64,000 nt of DNA from Tubiluchus corallicola. Its lineage: Eukaryota > Animalia > Priapulida. Location of the stretch: contig JAQGDQ010002404.1 in the NCBI GenBank assembly GCA_030141605.1, forward strand, positions 16,984-80,983. Reading direction: 5' to 3'. Positions 22,279-33,035 of this stretch are shown here, one piece after another. Numbering within the stretch: the stretch's first letter is position 1; every line of letters begins with the position of its first letter. Below the pieces are notes generated by a model. The model saw nothing but the letters and a program-made list of their open reading frames with translations. It was not told the DNA's origin and made no database searches. The position numbers and the translations under genes were made by a program.

Positions 22279-22852
22279 CTATTTATTGTGACCAGTTTTA
22301 ACTGTTGTACGCAAAAGAAAGTAGTAACTTCAAAAGTAGTAACTTATTTTTAATTGAATACTATTATTTAAATATGCATAAGCTTCGTTGATGTTTATGT
22401 TGTGCATATTTTATTAGTTCTTATTTTAGAATATCAATTTTCAGGTTGTTTTTCAATGTATGGGTGTTTTTGCAGAATTCACCTTTTTTATTAGCATATT
22501 TTGTGAGAGTCTTTTTCAGTGTTTCCGGTTATACCAGCGGACTGAAAGTTTTCAATATTTTTTGATTTGTATTGCTTTGTGAGGCTGTTTTAAGGTGTTT
22601 GTTTCAAGCAGAGGGGGCATAATTATAATACGAATGGTGCAAAAAAGTTAATTTACGCTAAATAATACGAATGGTTTTAAGTTATGAAAAGCGATTGTCT
22701 AAGGCTTTCGTTAATGCATAGTAAAGGGTTGAAAATACCTTTAAGTAGTCCATAAGTACAATGAGATAAATAAATATCGATTTAAGCCATCCCCTAAAGG
22801 TGGTTTTTTTATGCTTAAGACTGGGTTGAAGACACCCCTGCTATTTAATCTT

Positions 22853-23015
22853 ATGGAGTAGCAAAAAGGTGATTTGGGTACAGGGTTGGGCATAGTTTTA
22901 ATATCATTTTTGAGATTGTTGACACCCTCACTTTGCAGTTTTTTTGCTTACTATGCTCGGACGGGTGCTTTACGGTAAAGTAAAGGTATGGCAAAGCAAA
23001 AAACATGCAAAATAA
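22853..23015 (+). pseudogene. Decayed small membrane protein, holin-like
   Basis: ME*QKGDLGTGLGIVLISFLRLLTPS then, after a frameshift, LLTMLGRVLYGKVKVWQSKKHAK*: hydrophobic stretches with a basic C-terminus, upstream of an amidase relic. Confidence 0.3.
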
Positions 23016-23190
23016 ATATTATTGCATAAATCCACTTTGTGTGTATGCTTTGTAGCCTATATAAAACGGAAGTGCAGGGTTTGATAACTGCACCTAGTTT
23101 AGTAGAGCATCTTTTGCTATAATACGGGTAGTGATTGGAGCAACAATATTTTCAAAGCCCCAGGTAGCTGTAATTTAATAATAAAAACAG

Positions 23191-23560
23191 ATGAGCATTT
23201 TAAAGCTAACAATAGACTGTACTACTACACTATCCAGTGGAAGGTATACCGCTATAGGGGAGGCAGGTTGCTGGCACAAGTAACATGGTTTTCGCAAAGT
23301 GAGCTATCATTTAGATAGTTTATGCCGATGGTACAATAAGAAGAGGCAGAAAAGAACATGAGCAAGGAGCAGACTGCAAATGATACAACAAAGATTCTTT
23401 AGGCGTAGCCTTTGTAGGTATTGATAGCTTTTCACTCCCGCAGCTTACCAACTTATTCAGGCTATTCACAGAGCTTTTAAAAAAAGTATAAGCGAGCCAC
23501 TGTATATTGAGGAGTATAACGGGTTTAGCAGTAAACAGGGTATGCTCGGTTCCTCAAAAA
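23191..23560 (+). pseudogene. Decayed N-acetylmuramoyl-L-alanine amidase (Amidase_2, phage endolysin type)
   Basis: Manual translation across stops and frameshifts: MSILKLTIDCTTT..GR..WHK*HGFRKVSYHL / IVYADGTIRRGRKEHEQGADCK*YNKDSLGVAFVG..FSLPQL. Matches the IIIHCTAT..WH..RGF..IGYH..DG.I..GR..GAHCKGYN..SIG consensus. Confidence 0.78.
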
Positions 23561-23831
23561 ACTATTAAAGCAATAGTAAAATGGAAAAAAACGTGCAAGG
23601 TTGCTTCTTTTTTTCAATGCCCTAAAAATGGAAGTACCCATTTTTAAACTATTCATAGGTTTTAGTTGCGGCTTAGCTGTGTGTGTACTGTTTGTTCTAA
23701 AGCAGGTGCTATAAAAGTATGGAAGGAGAAGAGGGTTTATGGTTGCATAGATTTTTTCCTCATTTGGCAGAAAGCTAAAAAAGATTACATTTGCACTGTT
23801 CTGGACAAAATTTATAGAAAAAAAAATAATC

Positions 23832-25073
23832 GTGGATATTTTTAGTAAGATTAAATCTAAGGGCGATCTTGGAAAATACCAGAAAGATGCACACGGGTAC
23901 TTTGCATTTCCTAAGCTGGGGGGAGAGATTCATCCTCGTATGAAGTTTAGAGGTAAAGAGGTACTTACGTGGAGTTTGAATAATTATCTTGGGCTGGCTA
24001 ATCATCCGAAGGTGCGTAATACTGATAGTGAGGCTACTGCTAAGTACGGCATGGCATATCCTATGGGTGCCAGGATGATGTCTGGGCATACTAGTAAGCA
24101 TGAGGAGCTTGAGCAGCAGTTGTCGGAGTTTGTAGGTAAGCCCGATACTTTCCTGCTAAATTATGGTTATCAGGGTATGGTGTCTATTATAGATGCTTTG
24201 TGTGGAAGGCATGATGTTATCGTTTATGATGCTGAGTCTCATGCTTGTATTGTTGACGGGGTACGCCTGCACATGGGTAAGCGTTTTGTTTTTCTCCACA
24301 ATGATATGGATAGCCTTAGTAAGCAACTGGGTCATGCAGCAAGGGTGGTGGAGAAGACAGGAGGGGGTATTTTGGTTATCACAGAGGGTGTTTTTGGTAT
24401 GGCCGGTGATCTTGGCAAGTTGGATGAGATTATCTCCATGAAGAAGAAGTACAATTTCAGGCTACTGGTAGATGATGCTCACGGTTTTGGAACAATGGGC
24501 AAGCTGGGTGCGGGAACAGGTTTACACTTTGGAGTACAGGACGATATAGATCTTTATTTTGGGACATTTGCTAAGGCGATGGCAGGTATCGGGGGTTTTG
24601 TGTCATGTGACGAGGAGGTTTGCAACTTTTTGCGTTATAATATGCGCTCTCAGACTTTTGCCAAATCGTTACCGATGCCGATGGTAATAGGTGCTCTAAA
24701 AAGACTTGAGTTGATACGTTCAAATCCCGAGTTTGTAGAGCGGCTGTGGGTAATAGTGTGTGCTCTTCAGAAGGGGCTGAGAGAGAATGGGTTTAATCTT
24801 GGAAATACCAGTTCTCCCGTAACTCCTATATATCTTTCTGGGAGTGTTCCTGAGGGCACTAATGTGGTAATGGATCTTCGTGAAAATTACAATATTTTTT
24901 GCTCAATAGTTATATATCCCGTTATTCCTAAGGGGCAGCTGTTATTGAGACTTATTCCGACAGCCATGCACTCGCTTGAGGATGTAGAGTATACTATTAA
25001 GGTGTTTTCAGAGGTGAGGAGAAAGCTTAAGGAGGGAAAGTATTCAACAGAGCAGATGGCGCAGATGCTTTAG
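23832..25073 (+). CDS. PLP-dependent alpha-oxoamine synthase; probable cysteate acyl-ACP transferase of sulfonolipid synthesis (SulA/CfaT/CapB type)
   Basis: SLNNYLGLANHP, HACIVDG, EGVFGMAG, DDAHG, GTFAK (PLP Lys). N-terminal HGYFAFPKL and RSQTFAKSLP recall Alistipes SulA rather than BioF/Kbl (from memory). -7 box TACATTTG at 23786-23793. Confidence 0.8.
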   Translation: MDIFSKIKSKGDLGKYQKDAHGYFAFPKLGGEIHPRMKFRGKEVLTWSLNNYLGLANHPKVRNTDSEATAKYGMAYPMGARMMSGHTSKHEELEQQLSEFVGKPDTFLLNYGYQGMVSIIDALCGRHDVIVYDAESHACIVDGVRLHMGKRFVFLHNDMDSLSKQLGHAARVVEKTGGGILVITEGVFGMAGDLGKLDEIISMKKKYNFRLLVDDAHGFGTMGKLGAGTGLHFGVQDDIDLYFGTFAKAMAGIGGFVSCDEEVCNFLRYNMRSQTFAKSLPMPMVIGALKRLELIRSNPEFVERLWVIVCALQKGLRENGFNLGNTSSPVTPIYLSGSVPEGTNVVMDLRENYNIFCSIVIYPVIPKGQLLLRLIPTAMHSLEDVEYTIKVFSEVRRKLKEGKYSTEQMAQML

Positions 25074-25162
25074 GGAGTGAATGGTATTGATGAGTATAGT
25101 ATTATAGGCTGACGGCTTTGCTATCTATCAAAGCCCTTTAAGAGCAGTTTTTTCTGTTTTGC

Positions 25163-25425
25163 AGAGTTTATAAGATTCATCTGATTTTGTTTTGACGATT
25201 TTCCTATCATAATCTGTAAAGTTTTGCATGTAAGTTATAGTAAGTTCTTGCATTTTAGGTCACTATAATTTGTTGAGGTTTTAAATTCTATATTGATAAT
25301 ATTGAGCAGGTTGGGATTAATTTCAGGAGCGGATAAATAATAAAGTGAGGTCTTTGCGAAGGTCTCAAAGCATAAAGAGGTTGCAAGTTTGATGGCTGCA
25401 ACCTCTTTTATTATTTTATCTGTTT
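25163..25425. repeat. 263-bp direct repeat, copy 1 (long IS1634 target duplication)
   Basis: Same sequence as 27073-27335; abuts the IS left end. Confidence 0.95.
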
Positions 25426-27072
25426 CCTGTTTTGTGCACCACAACGACGCCCCAAGAATGCACTATTGATTATCAGCAAGATAGGAATTTCAAATTTGCA
25501 TTTTGGGTGCTGCATGCTTAATTTTATGCATGTTTGTCCGAAAAAATAAGAATCGGGAGTGGTTCTGTGAGTGTACAGATAATCTCAAAAAATCATGGTA
25601 AATATAAGGTTGTAAAAACCGTAGGTTGCGCAAAAACAAAGCGGGAAGAAGAATTGCTTTTATTGCTTGCCAACACAGAGATAGAGCGGCTTAGGGGCAT
25701 GCAATCGCTTTTTGTTGAACACGATGATTTGGTGGTTGAAAACTTTGTGGGCAGCATTGCAAACAATCATTTACAAGTTGTAGGAAGTGAATTAATTTTA
25801 GGCAAAATTTATCAAGTCTTTAACTTTCCGGATGATGGGTGCTGCAATTATTTTCGCAACCTGGTATTATGTCGGTTAGTGTACCCGGGAAGCAAATTAA
25901 AAACCGTTGACTATTTTAGACAGCACCTGAATACAGATGTTAGCGTACACACTATTTATCGTTTCCTTGACGAGCTAAATACAAGTTTAAAGCCACAAAT
26001 TGAACAACTTACCTTTAAGCACACCAGGAAGCTACTAAAAGGAAAGATAAGTGTCGCATTTTATGATATGACCACATTGTATTTTGAGGCATCAGAAGAA
26101 GATGACTACCGTATTCCCGGATTCAACAAAGATGGCAAGCATCAACAACCGCAAATAATGATAGGTTTACTGGTGGGTAAATATGGATACCCGATTGGCT
26201 ATCAAATATTCGAGGGAAACACCTCTGAAACAAAAACACTAATCCCTGTTCTGGAAGCCTTTCAAAATAAATTTAATATCGAAAGGCCTATTGTAGTTGC
26301 CGATGCAGCTTTACTCTCGCAGAAGAACATAAATGCCTTGATTGAAAACAAATACGAGTACATACTTGGAGGACGGATAAAGAATGAAAGTCAAAAAATA
26401 AAAGAAAAAATTATAACTCTTGATATTAAAGAAAACAAGCCAGTTGAGTTGAAAAACAAGAATGGAAGGTTGATTATCAGCTTCTCAGAAAAAAGAGCCT
26501 TCAACGATAAAAAAACAGAGAGAAGGGCTTAAAAAGACTTGAAAAACGTGTTGCTTCCGGCAAGCTAACAAAGAATCGCATAAATAATCGCGGGTATAAT
26601 AAATATCTGAATCTGTCGGGGGAGATTGCCGTTAAAATCGACTACGATAAGTTCCAGTCAGATAGAGTTTGGGATGGGTTGAAGGGTTATGTAACCAATA
26701 CCCATTTACCGAGAAAAGATGTTATCGGGAATTATAGTCAGTTGTGGCAAGTGGAAAAAGCTTTTCGTATATCAAAAACTGATTTACGAATACGGCCAGT
26801 TTATCACCGCTTAAAAGAACGCATTGAAGCCCATATCTGTATTTGTTTCACAGCCTATGCCATTTACAAAGAGCTGGAAAGGTTATTGAAGGCAAATAAT
26901 ATTGATATCTCTGCTGAAAAAGCCTTGGAACAAATCCGGCAGATCAGGCAGCTGCAATACACTCTGCCCAAATCGAAACAAGTCAGAACAAAAATATTAC
27001 AGCCAACTGAAATGCAAAAAAAGTTGTTAAATATGAAATTATAAACTTGGGTGCTGCAATGCACAAAACAGG
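25426..27072 (+). mobile_element. IS1634-family element
   Basis: Perfect 13-bp terminal IR CCTGTTTTGTGCA / TGCACAAAACAGG, flanked by 263-bp direct repeats. Confidence 0.93.
25530..27044 (+). pseudogene. IS1634-family transposase, frameshifted
   Basis: MFVRK.KNRSGSVSVQ start, FYDMTTLYFE, GFNKDGK, VVADAAL, LWQVEKAFRISKTDLRIRPVYH, IEAHICICF. Frameshifts near 25557, 26515 and 26575. Confidence 0.9.
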
Positions 27073-27335
27073 AGAGTTTATAAGATTCATCTGATTTTGT
27101 TTTGACGATTTTCCTATCATAATCTGTAAAGTTTTGCATGTAAGTTATAGTAAGTTCTTGCATTTTAGGTCACTATAATTTGTTGAGGTTTTAAATTCTA
27201 TATTGATAATATTGAGCAGGTTGGGATTAATTTCAGGAGCGGATAAATAATAAAGTGAGGTCTTTGCGAAGGTCTCAAAGCATAAAGAGGTTGCAAGTTT
27301 GATGGCTGCAACCTCTTTTATTATTTTATCTGTTT
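27073..27335. repeat. 263-bp direct repeat, copy 2
   Basis: Same sequence as 25163-25425; includes the AAAGAGGTTGCA...TGCAACCTCTTT terminator-like hairpin. Confidence 0.95.
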
Positions 27336-27490
27336 AACCAGAGTTTGAAGATTTCCTGTTTTGATATTTTCGAAGTTCATATTTTTATTAATATTCTCTT
27401 CAAAATCTTCATTTACAACAGTAAGTTGTGGGTTTTCATTGGATTTTTCCTCATTCTGAGCTAAGTTTTTTATTTTTTTAAGATCTCATT

Positions 27491-29197
27491 TTAGTAATAG
27501 CCTTCATTCTGTTTTAAGACAGGGTTGTTATTAGCTATAGACAGGTCGATCTGAGTTTGCGGGATAGGCCAGATTTCGTGTTGTCCTTTGGAAAATGTTT
27601 TGCCGGAAAGGTGTACCATAACTGTTCCTTCTACACTGAGGTAGTCATTCATAGTATCTCCTGCTATTCCCCAGCGTACGAGATCAAAGAAACGCATTCC
27701 CTCCATGGCAAATTCCAGGCGGGTTTCGTGGCGAATAGCTTTCAGTGCATACTCTTTGGAAGGGAAGTCTTCCGTATACGGTTCAACTTTATAGTTTGCG
27801 GCCGGAGCTCCATCGTCAAATCTTACTACGTTTGAGGATTTTGCTCTGTTGCGTATTTCATTTACCAAAGAGGTTGCGCGAGTCAAAGATCCTATTTCTG
27901 CTTCACATTCAGCCAGCCACAAAATTACATGTCCCAGTCTGAATTTACGAAAGTTGTTACTGTTAACGCCTGTTGTCCATCCTGTAGATGTTTGAGCTGT
28001 AGCTTTTTCTGCCTCTTTAAACATGTTTTTTTTGTATAAGTACGGGCCTCCGTTGGATGGTTCGCGTATCCATGAGTTTCCTTCCATTATTCCCCAGTCT
28101 AGGTAGGGAATTCCTGGGCGTCCGACAGTGTGGTCGAGCCGGGGATCAATGGTTCCTTTATACTGTTTGTCAGGCTCGGGATCGAATGGCAGCATGTCGT
28201 CTGCTGAGTAGGTGTCGTTAAGCAGAGGCAGCCCCGTATTATCGTCAACCCTATAGGCGCTTACGAGGCTATGTGTGGGTTGAAAGAAGCCACAGCAGGT
28301 TCCTGTTGGAGCTCCCCCGAAAGGGTAGTTAAGGGCATCACCCCAGCCTCCGTTATACGAGCCGTTGGAGCCATCGTTTACAGCATACTGTATCTCGAAT
28401 ATTGATTCTTTGTTATTGTTGTGGTTGATTTCATAATTCATCTCATAACTTTCAACTAGCTGAAATACCCCACTGGAGTAGACATCGTCCAGCACCGGTT
28501 TTGCCATATTAAATTTTCCTTGAAACATGTAGACGCGGGCCAGATAGGTTTTTGCTGCCCATTGTGTTGCACGCCCTTTATCACTTCCCCAGTTATCTGG
28601 CAGGTTGTCTACTGCAAACTCCAGGTCACTCTCTATTTCACTCCATACGAGCCTGTCATTTGGTACAGTATGTGGCTCTTCTGTGTTTTCGTCAATGTAT
28701 GGTACCTTCCCATGTACCAGTGTAAGTTCGACATAGAAATGTGCTCTGAGAAATTTTGCCTGGGCTTCAGCCTGAGCTTTTTCTTTTTCACTCATATCAT
28801 CCGCCTTAACAGTAGCCAGCAAAACATCATTAGCACGGCGAATACCATCATAAAGCGGCTCCCAGTGGTTTTTTACATACGTATTTTCAGCGTCAACATA
28901 AAATCCCTCAATAGGGTTAATACTGGGCTGGTCACCAGATGATGAACCCTTGTATGCATCATCTGAGGCAACACTGCCCCAAACCCAGTTAGAAACGGCG
29001 CTTGCCCAGTTGTCTGCACTTGGGCGATTTGTTCCGTCAACAACAGCATAGGTGCCGGTTAATAGGGCATTTACACCTTCTTTATTATAAAGTAGTTCAA
29101 CATGAGCCTGCCCTTTGGGTTTAATCTCAAACCAGGAGTCAGAGCAGGAGTATAAAACAATTGTTACTAGTGCTATAATAATATATGTCTTTTTCAT
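27491..29197 (-). CDS. SusD/RagB-family nutrient-uptake lipoprotein
   Basis: Lipobox YSC, AKFLRAHFY, ESIFEIQY, ETRLEFAMEGMRFFDLVRWG, PIP...QNEGY. Confidence 0.95.
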   Translation of the reverse strand: MKKTYIIIALVTIVLYSCSDSWFEIKPKGQAHVELLYNKEGVNALLTGTYAVVDGTNRPSADNWASAVSNWVWGSVASDDAYKGSSSGDQPSINPIEGFYVDAENTYVKNHWEPLYDGIRRANDVLLATVKADDMSEKEKAQAEAQAKFLRAHFYVELTLVHGKVPYIDENTEEPHTVPNDRLVWSEIESDLEFAVDNLPDNWGSDKGRATQWAAKTYLARVYMFQGKFNMAKPVLDDVYSSGVFQLVESYEMNYEINHNNNKESIFEIQYAVNDGSNGSYNGGWGDALNYPFGGAPTGTCCGFFQPTHSLVSAYRVDDNTGLPLLNDTYSADDMLPFDPEPDKQYKGTIDPRLDHTVGRPGIPYLDWGIMEGNSWIREPSNGGPYLYKKNMFKEAEKATAQTSTGWTTGVNSNNFRKFRLGHVILWLAECEAEIGSLTRATSLVNEIRNRAKSSNVVRFDDGAPAANYKVEPYTEDFPSKEYALKAIRHETRLEFAMEGMRFFDLVRWGIAGDTMNDYLSVEGTVMVHLSGKTFSKGQHEIWPIPQTQIDLSIANNNPVLKQNEGYY

Positions 29198-29235
29198 AAT
29201 TTATATGTGTTTTTAATTTATAAAAACTATCAGGG

Positions 29236-32200
29236 TTACAAGTTCAGGTTTATCCCAAAAAGAAACATTTGTGAGGTGGGGTAAACACCCTCATCCACGC
29301 CAATATGGCGATCTGCATTATCGCCATTGTTGATAATCTCAGGGTCGAGTCCACTGTATCCGGTAATTGTAAGCAGATTTGTTGCTTGTGCATAAAGCCT
29401 TAAACGCTCAATGCCCCATTTAGAGGTTACTTCTGCCGGGATGGTATAGCCAATTTGTAGGTCCTTTATGCGGAGGTAAGAGCCATCTTCAACAAAGAAA
29501 GTTGAGGTTCTTTGCATCACTTCGTCATCTTTAAGTGCGATAGGCATTGTAATTTTATCTCCGTTTTCATAACGTTCGGCTGTCCATGATTCATAGAGTC
29601 TTTGTGTGCTACGATTTCCCTGAAAGTTGCTAAATAGTATCCACCGGTTTACATAGTTTATCAGTTTATTGCCTTGTGACCCCTGAATAAACATTGTCAT
29701 ATCCCAGCTTTTATACTGTGAGCCAATGTTTAGCCCATAAGTAAAATCGGGGTGTGGGCTGCCTATAAAGGTGCGATCCTCCGATGTTATCTTGCCATCG
29801 CCGTTCACATCTTTATATTTGAATACTCCGGGGCGGCTATAGCTGTCAACTCCATCTTTATCAGGGTTATATGGGCTATGTGCAGCGATCTCTTCTGCTG
29901 TGTTGAAAATACCTTCAACCACATATCCATAGAAGGAAGATATGGGTCTACCACTTGTACTTGCGGTGTATATGTTTTGACGAAGCTCATCTCCCCAGAG
30001 AATTTCGTTCGAGTTATCATTAAGTTTTGTGATTTCGTTTTTGTAGTGGGAGATGCTGGCACGGATATCAAAATAGAAGTCATTACCTGCCTGTCCGTGA
30101 TAAGTGATCATCAGATCACACCCTCTGTTTTTCATCTCGCCAACATTTATGGCAGGAAGTACCAAATATCCATACACACTGGGAAGTTGTTGTTTGTAAA
30201 GCATATCTGTGGTCAGACGGTTATACCAGTCGAAATTGACCTGCAGTTTACTGTCAAATACCGTAATATCGAGGCCAACATTGGTGGTTGTGGTAGATTC
30301 CCATTTTCCATCCAGGTTACCCAGCTTATAGCGGTGGAATCCTGGCACCGTGGATGTGTTTGATCCTGACAGGCTGTAGTATGATTCGTTAATATGAGCC
30401 CGATAGGTGCTGTAGCTATTGTAGTTTCCACCAACGTTGTCATTACCATTTTGGCCCCAGCCTATTCTTAATTTAAGGTCGTTAAGCCAGCCATACTCTG
30501 TCAAAAAAGATTCTTCAGATATTCTCCACCCAGCAGAGAGTGCGGGGAATGTTCCCCATCGATGCGTTTTTGCAAATCTTGAAGAGCCATCACGACGTAA
30601 AACAGCTTCTAGAAGATACTTATCTCTAAAGCTGTAGTTTATTCTGCCAAAGTAGGAAAATGTAAACCATTCGTCAAAGGATCCTGTCGCGGTCTGATCG
30701 GATTCTCCCGAGTCTAAGACCATGTAGTCTGTATCTGTCATAAAGTATACACTCCGGCTTGCATTAAACCACTCCCAGTAGTCGCTAACGCATTCAGATC
30801 CCAGCAGCACCTTAATGTTATGTATATCATCAATAGTAGTGCTAAAATTAAGTGTGTTTGACCAGTTCCACTGGATTCCTCCTTCAAACTTCTGTGTTAG
30901 TTGGTCGTTAGGTTTTCCTTCTGAAAATTCCGGATCCATAATGCGCCGGTCCTGTTCGCGCGTGCTATTGTAATCGACACCAAACAGAGTTCGAAACGTA
31001 AGGTTTTTAGGTAGGTTTAGCTGTGCATATACATTTGCGAGTATACGCATTTCCCGAACATAATCATCCTTGTTGCGAGTGAGTACAGCTACGGGGTTTT
31101 GTGCGTTACCTGTTGTTGCAGCCTGTGTTCCGGCAAAGTTGCCTTTAATATCATAAACTGGAATGATAGGTTGCATTCTATAAGCCCAAGAGACAGAGTT
31201 TCCCTCATCATTATTACCAAATCCATTACGGTTGACATATGAAGCTCCGAGGCTTTCCCCTATTTCCAGCCAGTCTGTAACTTTAGCATCAGCGTTAGAG
31301 CGTAGGGAGAATCGCTCAAAACCGGTGTGCATAACTATTCCTTCCTGTTCCATATATCCGGCAGAAAAAGCGTAGTTGCTGTTTTCGCTTCCTCCCGACA
31401 GGCCTATGTTGTATTCCTGCACAGGGGCAAGGTTAAATATCTCATCGTACCAGTTAGTGCCTTGCTTGTTAGCACGAGTAATGCCATTGTAGGGACTTGG
31501 GTATGAATAGCTACTTTCATCCACTTCGCCTTCCATCTTGCCTGCAGGTATTATATAGTCGGGAATAATGGGTGTTTCTCCATACCCTAACTGTTCATTT
31601 CCCCAGCCATTATCTCCCGGATTTAATCCCGCATTGCGGTTTTCCATCCACAAAAGATCCGCATACTCTTGGGTATTCAACAGGTCCAGTTGATTGGTGG
31701 CGCGTTGTATCCCGAAACGCGCATCGAAACTAAGTCTTGTCTTTCCCGGTTTTCCACGCTTTGTAGTAATAATAATAACTCCATTAGCAGCACGAACACC
31801 GTATATAGCTGAGGAGGAAGCATCTTTAAGCACCGACATGGATTCAATATCGTTGGGATTGATTTTACTTAGTCCGTCAGTTGAAGGCACCCCGTCAATA
31901 ATGTATAGCGGATCGTTGTTGTTTACAGATCCAATGCCACGAACACGCACGGTAGCTTCTCCTCCGGGAGAGTTATCATTGGTTATTGTAACACCTGCAA
32001 CCCTTCCTTGTATACGTGAAGCTGCATTAGCTACAGGAATCGAGCGTAGCTCATCTTCTGAGACAGAGGTAACAGCACCTGTCAAGGTTTTCTTTTGCTG
32101 GGTACCGTAGCCAACAATAATAACTTCGTCAACATTAATAATGTCTGATTTCATGGTTACGTTAATATTGGTTCGGTCCCCAATTTCAGCATCTTGTGTT

Positions 32201-32475
32201 AGCATACCAATGTAGGAGAATACCAATACATTAGCATCAGCAGGTATTTGGGACAAATTGTATTTCCCCTCCCAGTCTGTGATTACCCCTATAGTTGTAC
32301 CTTTAACCATTACTGTTACTCCCGTAATAGGGTTCCCGTTCTCTTCTGTTACGGTACCACTAATTGTCTTTTGCTGAGCGGAAAGTGCCCCTCCTGTCAG
32401 CATAAAAAGGAGCATAATATAAGTGCTCCACCAACTCTTTGTTTTTGAAATGAAACTTAGACTTATTTTCCTCAT
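29236..32475 (-). CDS. SusC/RagA-family TonB-dependent transporter
   Basis: VIIVGYGTQ, PLYIIDGVP, DIESMSVLKDASSSAIYGVRAANGVIIITTKRG, EDGSYLRIK, YSGLDPE. Start placed at MRKISL. Confidence 0.96.
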   Translation of the reverse strand: MRKISLSFISKTKSWWSTYIMLLFMLTGGALSAQQKTISGTVTEENGNPITGVTVMVKGTTIGVITDWEGKYNLSQIPADANVLVFSYIGMLTQDAEIGDRTNINVTMKSDIINVDEVIIVGYGTQQKKTLTGAVTSVSEDELRSIPVANAASRIQGRVAGVTITNDNSPGGEATVRVRGIGSVNNNDPLYIIDGVPSTDGLSKINPNDIESMSVLKDASSSAIYGVRAANGVIIITTKRGKPGKTRLSFDARFGIQRATNQLDLLNTQEYADLLWMENRNAGLNPGDNGWGNEQLGYGETPIIPDYIIPAGKMEGEVDESSYSYPSPYNGITRANKQGTNWYDEIFNLAPVQEYNIGLSGGSENSNYAFSAGYMEQEGIVMHTGFERFSLRSNADAKVTDWLEIGESLGASYVNRNGFGNNDEGNSVSWAYRMQPIIPVYDIKGNFAGTQAATTGNAQNPVAVLTRNKDDYVREMRILANVYAQLNLPKNLTFRTLFGVDYNSTREQDRRIMDPEFSEGKPNDQLTQKFEGGIQWNWSNTLNFSTTIDDIHNIKVLLGSECVSDYWEWFNASRSVYFMTDTDYMVLDSGESDQTATGSFDEWFTFSYFGRINYSFRDKYLLEAVLRRDGSSRFAKTHRWGTFPALSAGWRISEESFLTEYGWLNDLKLRIGWGQNGNDNVGGNYNSYSTYRAHINESYYSLSGSNTSTVPGFHRYKLGNLDGKWESTTTTNVGLDITVFDSKLQVNFDWYNRLTTDMLYKQQLPSVYGYLVLPAINVGEMKNRGCDLMITYHGQAGNDFYFDIRASISHYKNEITKLNDNSNEILWGDELRQNIYTASTSGRPISSFYGYVVEGIFNTAEEIAAHSPYNPDKDGVDSYSRPGVFKYKDVNGDGKITSEDRTFIGSPHPDFTYGLNIGSQYKSWDMTMFIQGSQGNKLINYVNRWILFSNFQGNRSTQRLYESWTAERYENGDKITMPIALKDDEVMQRTSTFFVEDGSYLRIKDLQIGYTIPAEVTSKWGIERLRLYAQATNLLTITGYSGLDPEIINNGDNADRHIGVDEGVYPTSQMFLFGINLNL

Positions 32476-33035
32476 AGATTTAAAGTATTTAAAAATTAAT
32501 AATAAATTTATTTTCGCTTTTAAAAGCAACGCCCTTTCGGGAAAATTCCAGGCTATACAGAAACGACATAGTTTATCCCAAATGGGAGCTAAACCAGAAA
32601 GAGAGACACGCTAAGTTTTTAAATTTGGTTTTGTACAATGAGCCCTTTGCAATACTCATTTTTTCTTTAAAGTTCTCTTCAAAGCCTTTATTTTACATCA
32701 GTAAATTGCGACTTTTTATTGAAATTTTTCTTGATTTGAATCAAAGCGCTTTGTTTTGTAATGGCCTCATATTGTTTAGTTTAGTATATTATATTATGGC
32801 AAAGAGCTATAACGATTTGTAGCTTTACCAGGTATTAAATTTTATTTACAATATAGTTAAAAAAGTTTAAATACTTATTTTAAGGAAATGAAAGCTGTGG
32901 GAAAGTCTTACGGTTATTAAATTGGAATAGAATAGAGTGTAGGTGTGTTTTTGCCTTGCGAAGGTTTCATCATATGGTTTTATAAGCAATAGGGGAGTGA
33001 AGGCTGAGTGTTTAGACAGGTGTGATTATCATGTT

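Noticed and set aside
25163-27335. Prophage att sites or composite transposon arms
   Set aside because: The repeats directly abut the IS IRs and are explained by the long TSDs known for the IS1634 family.
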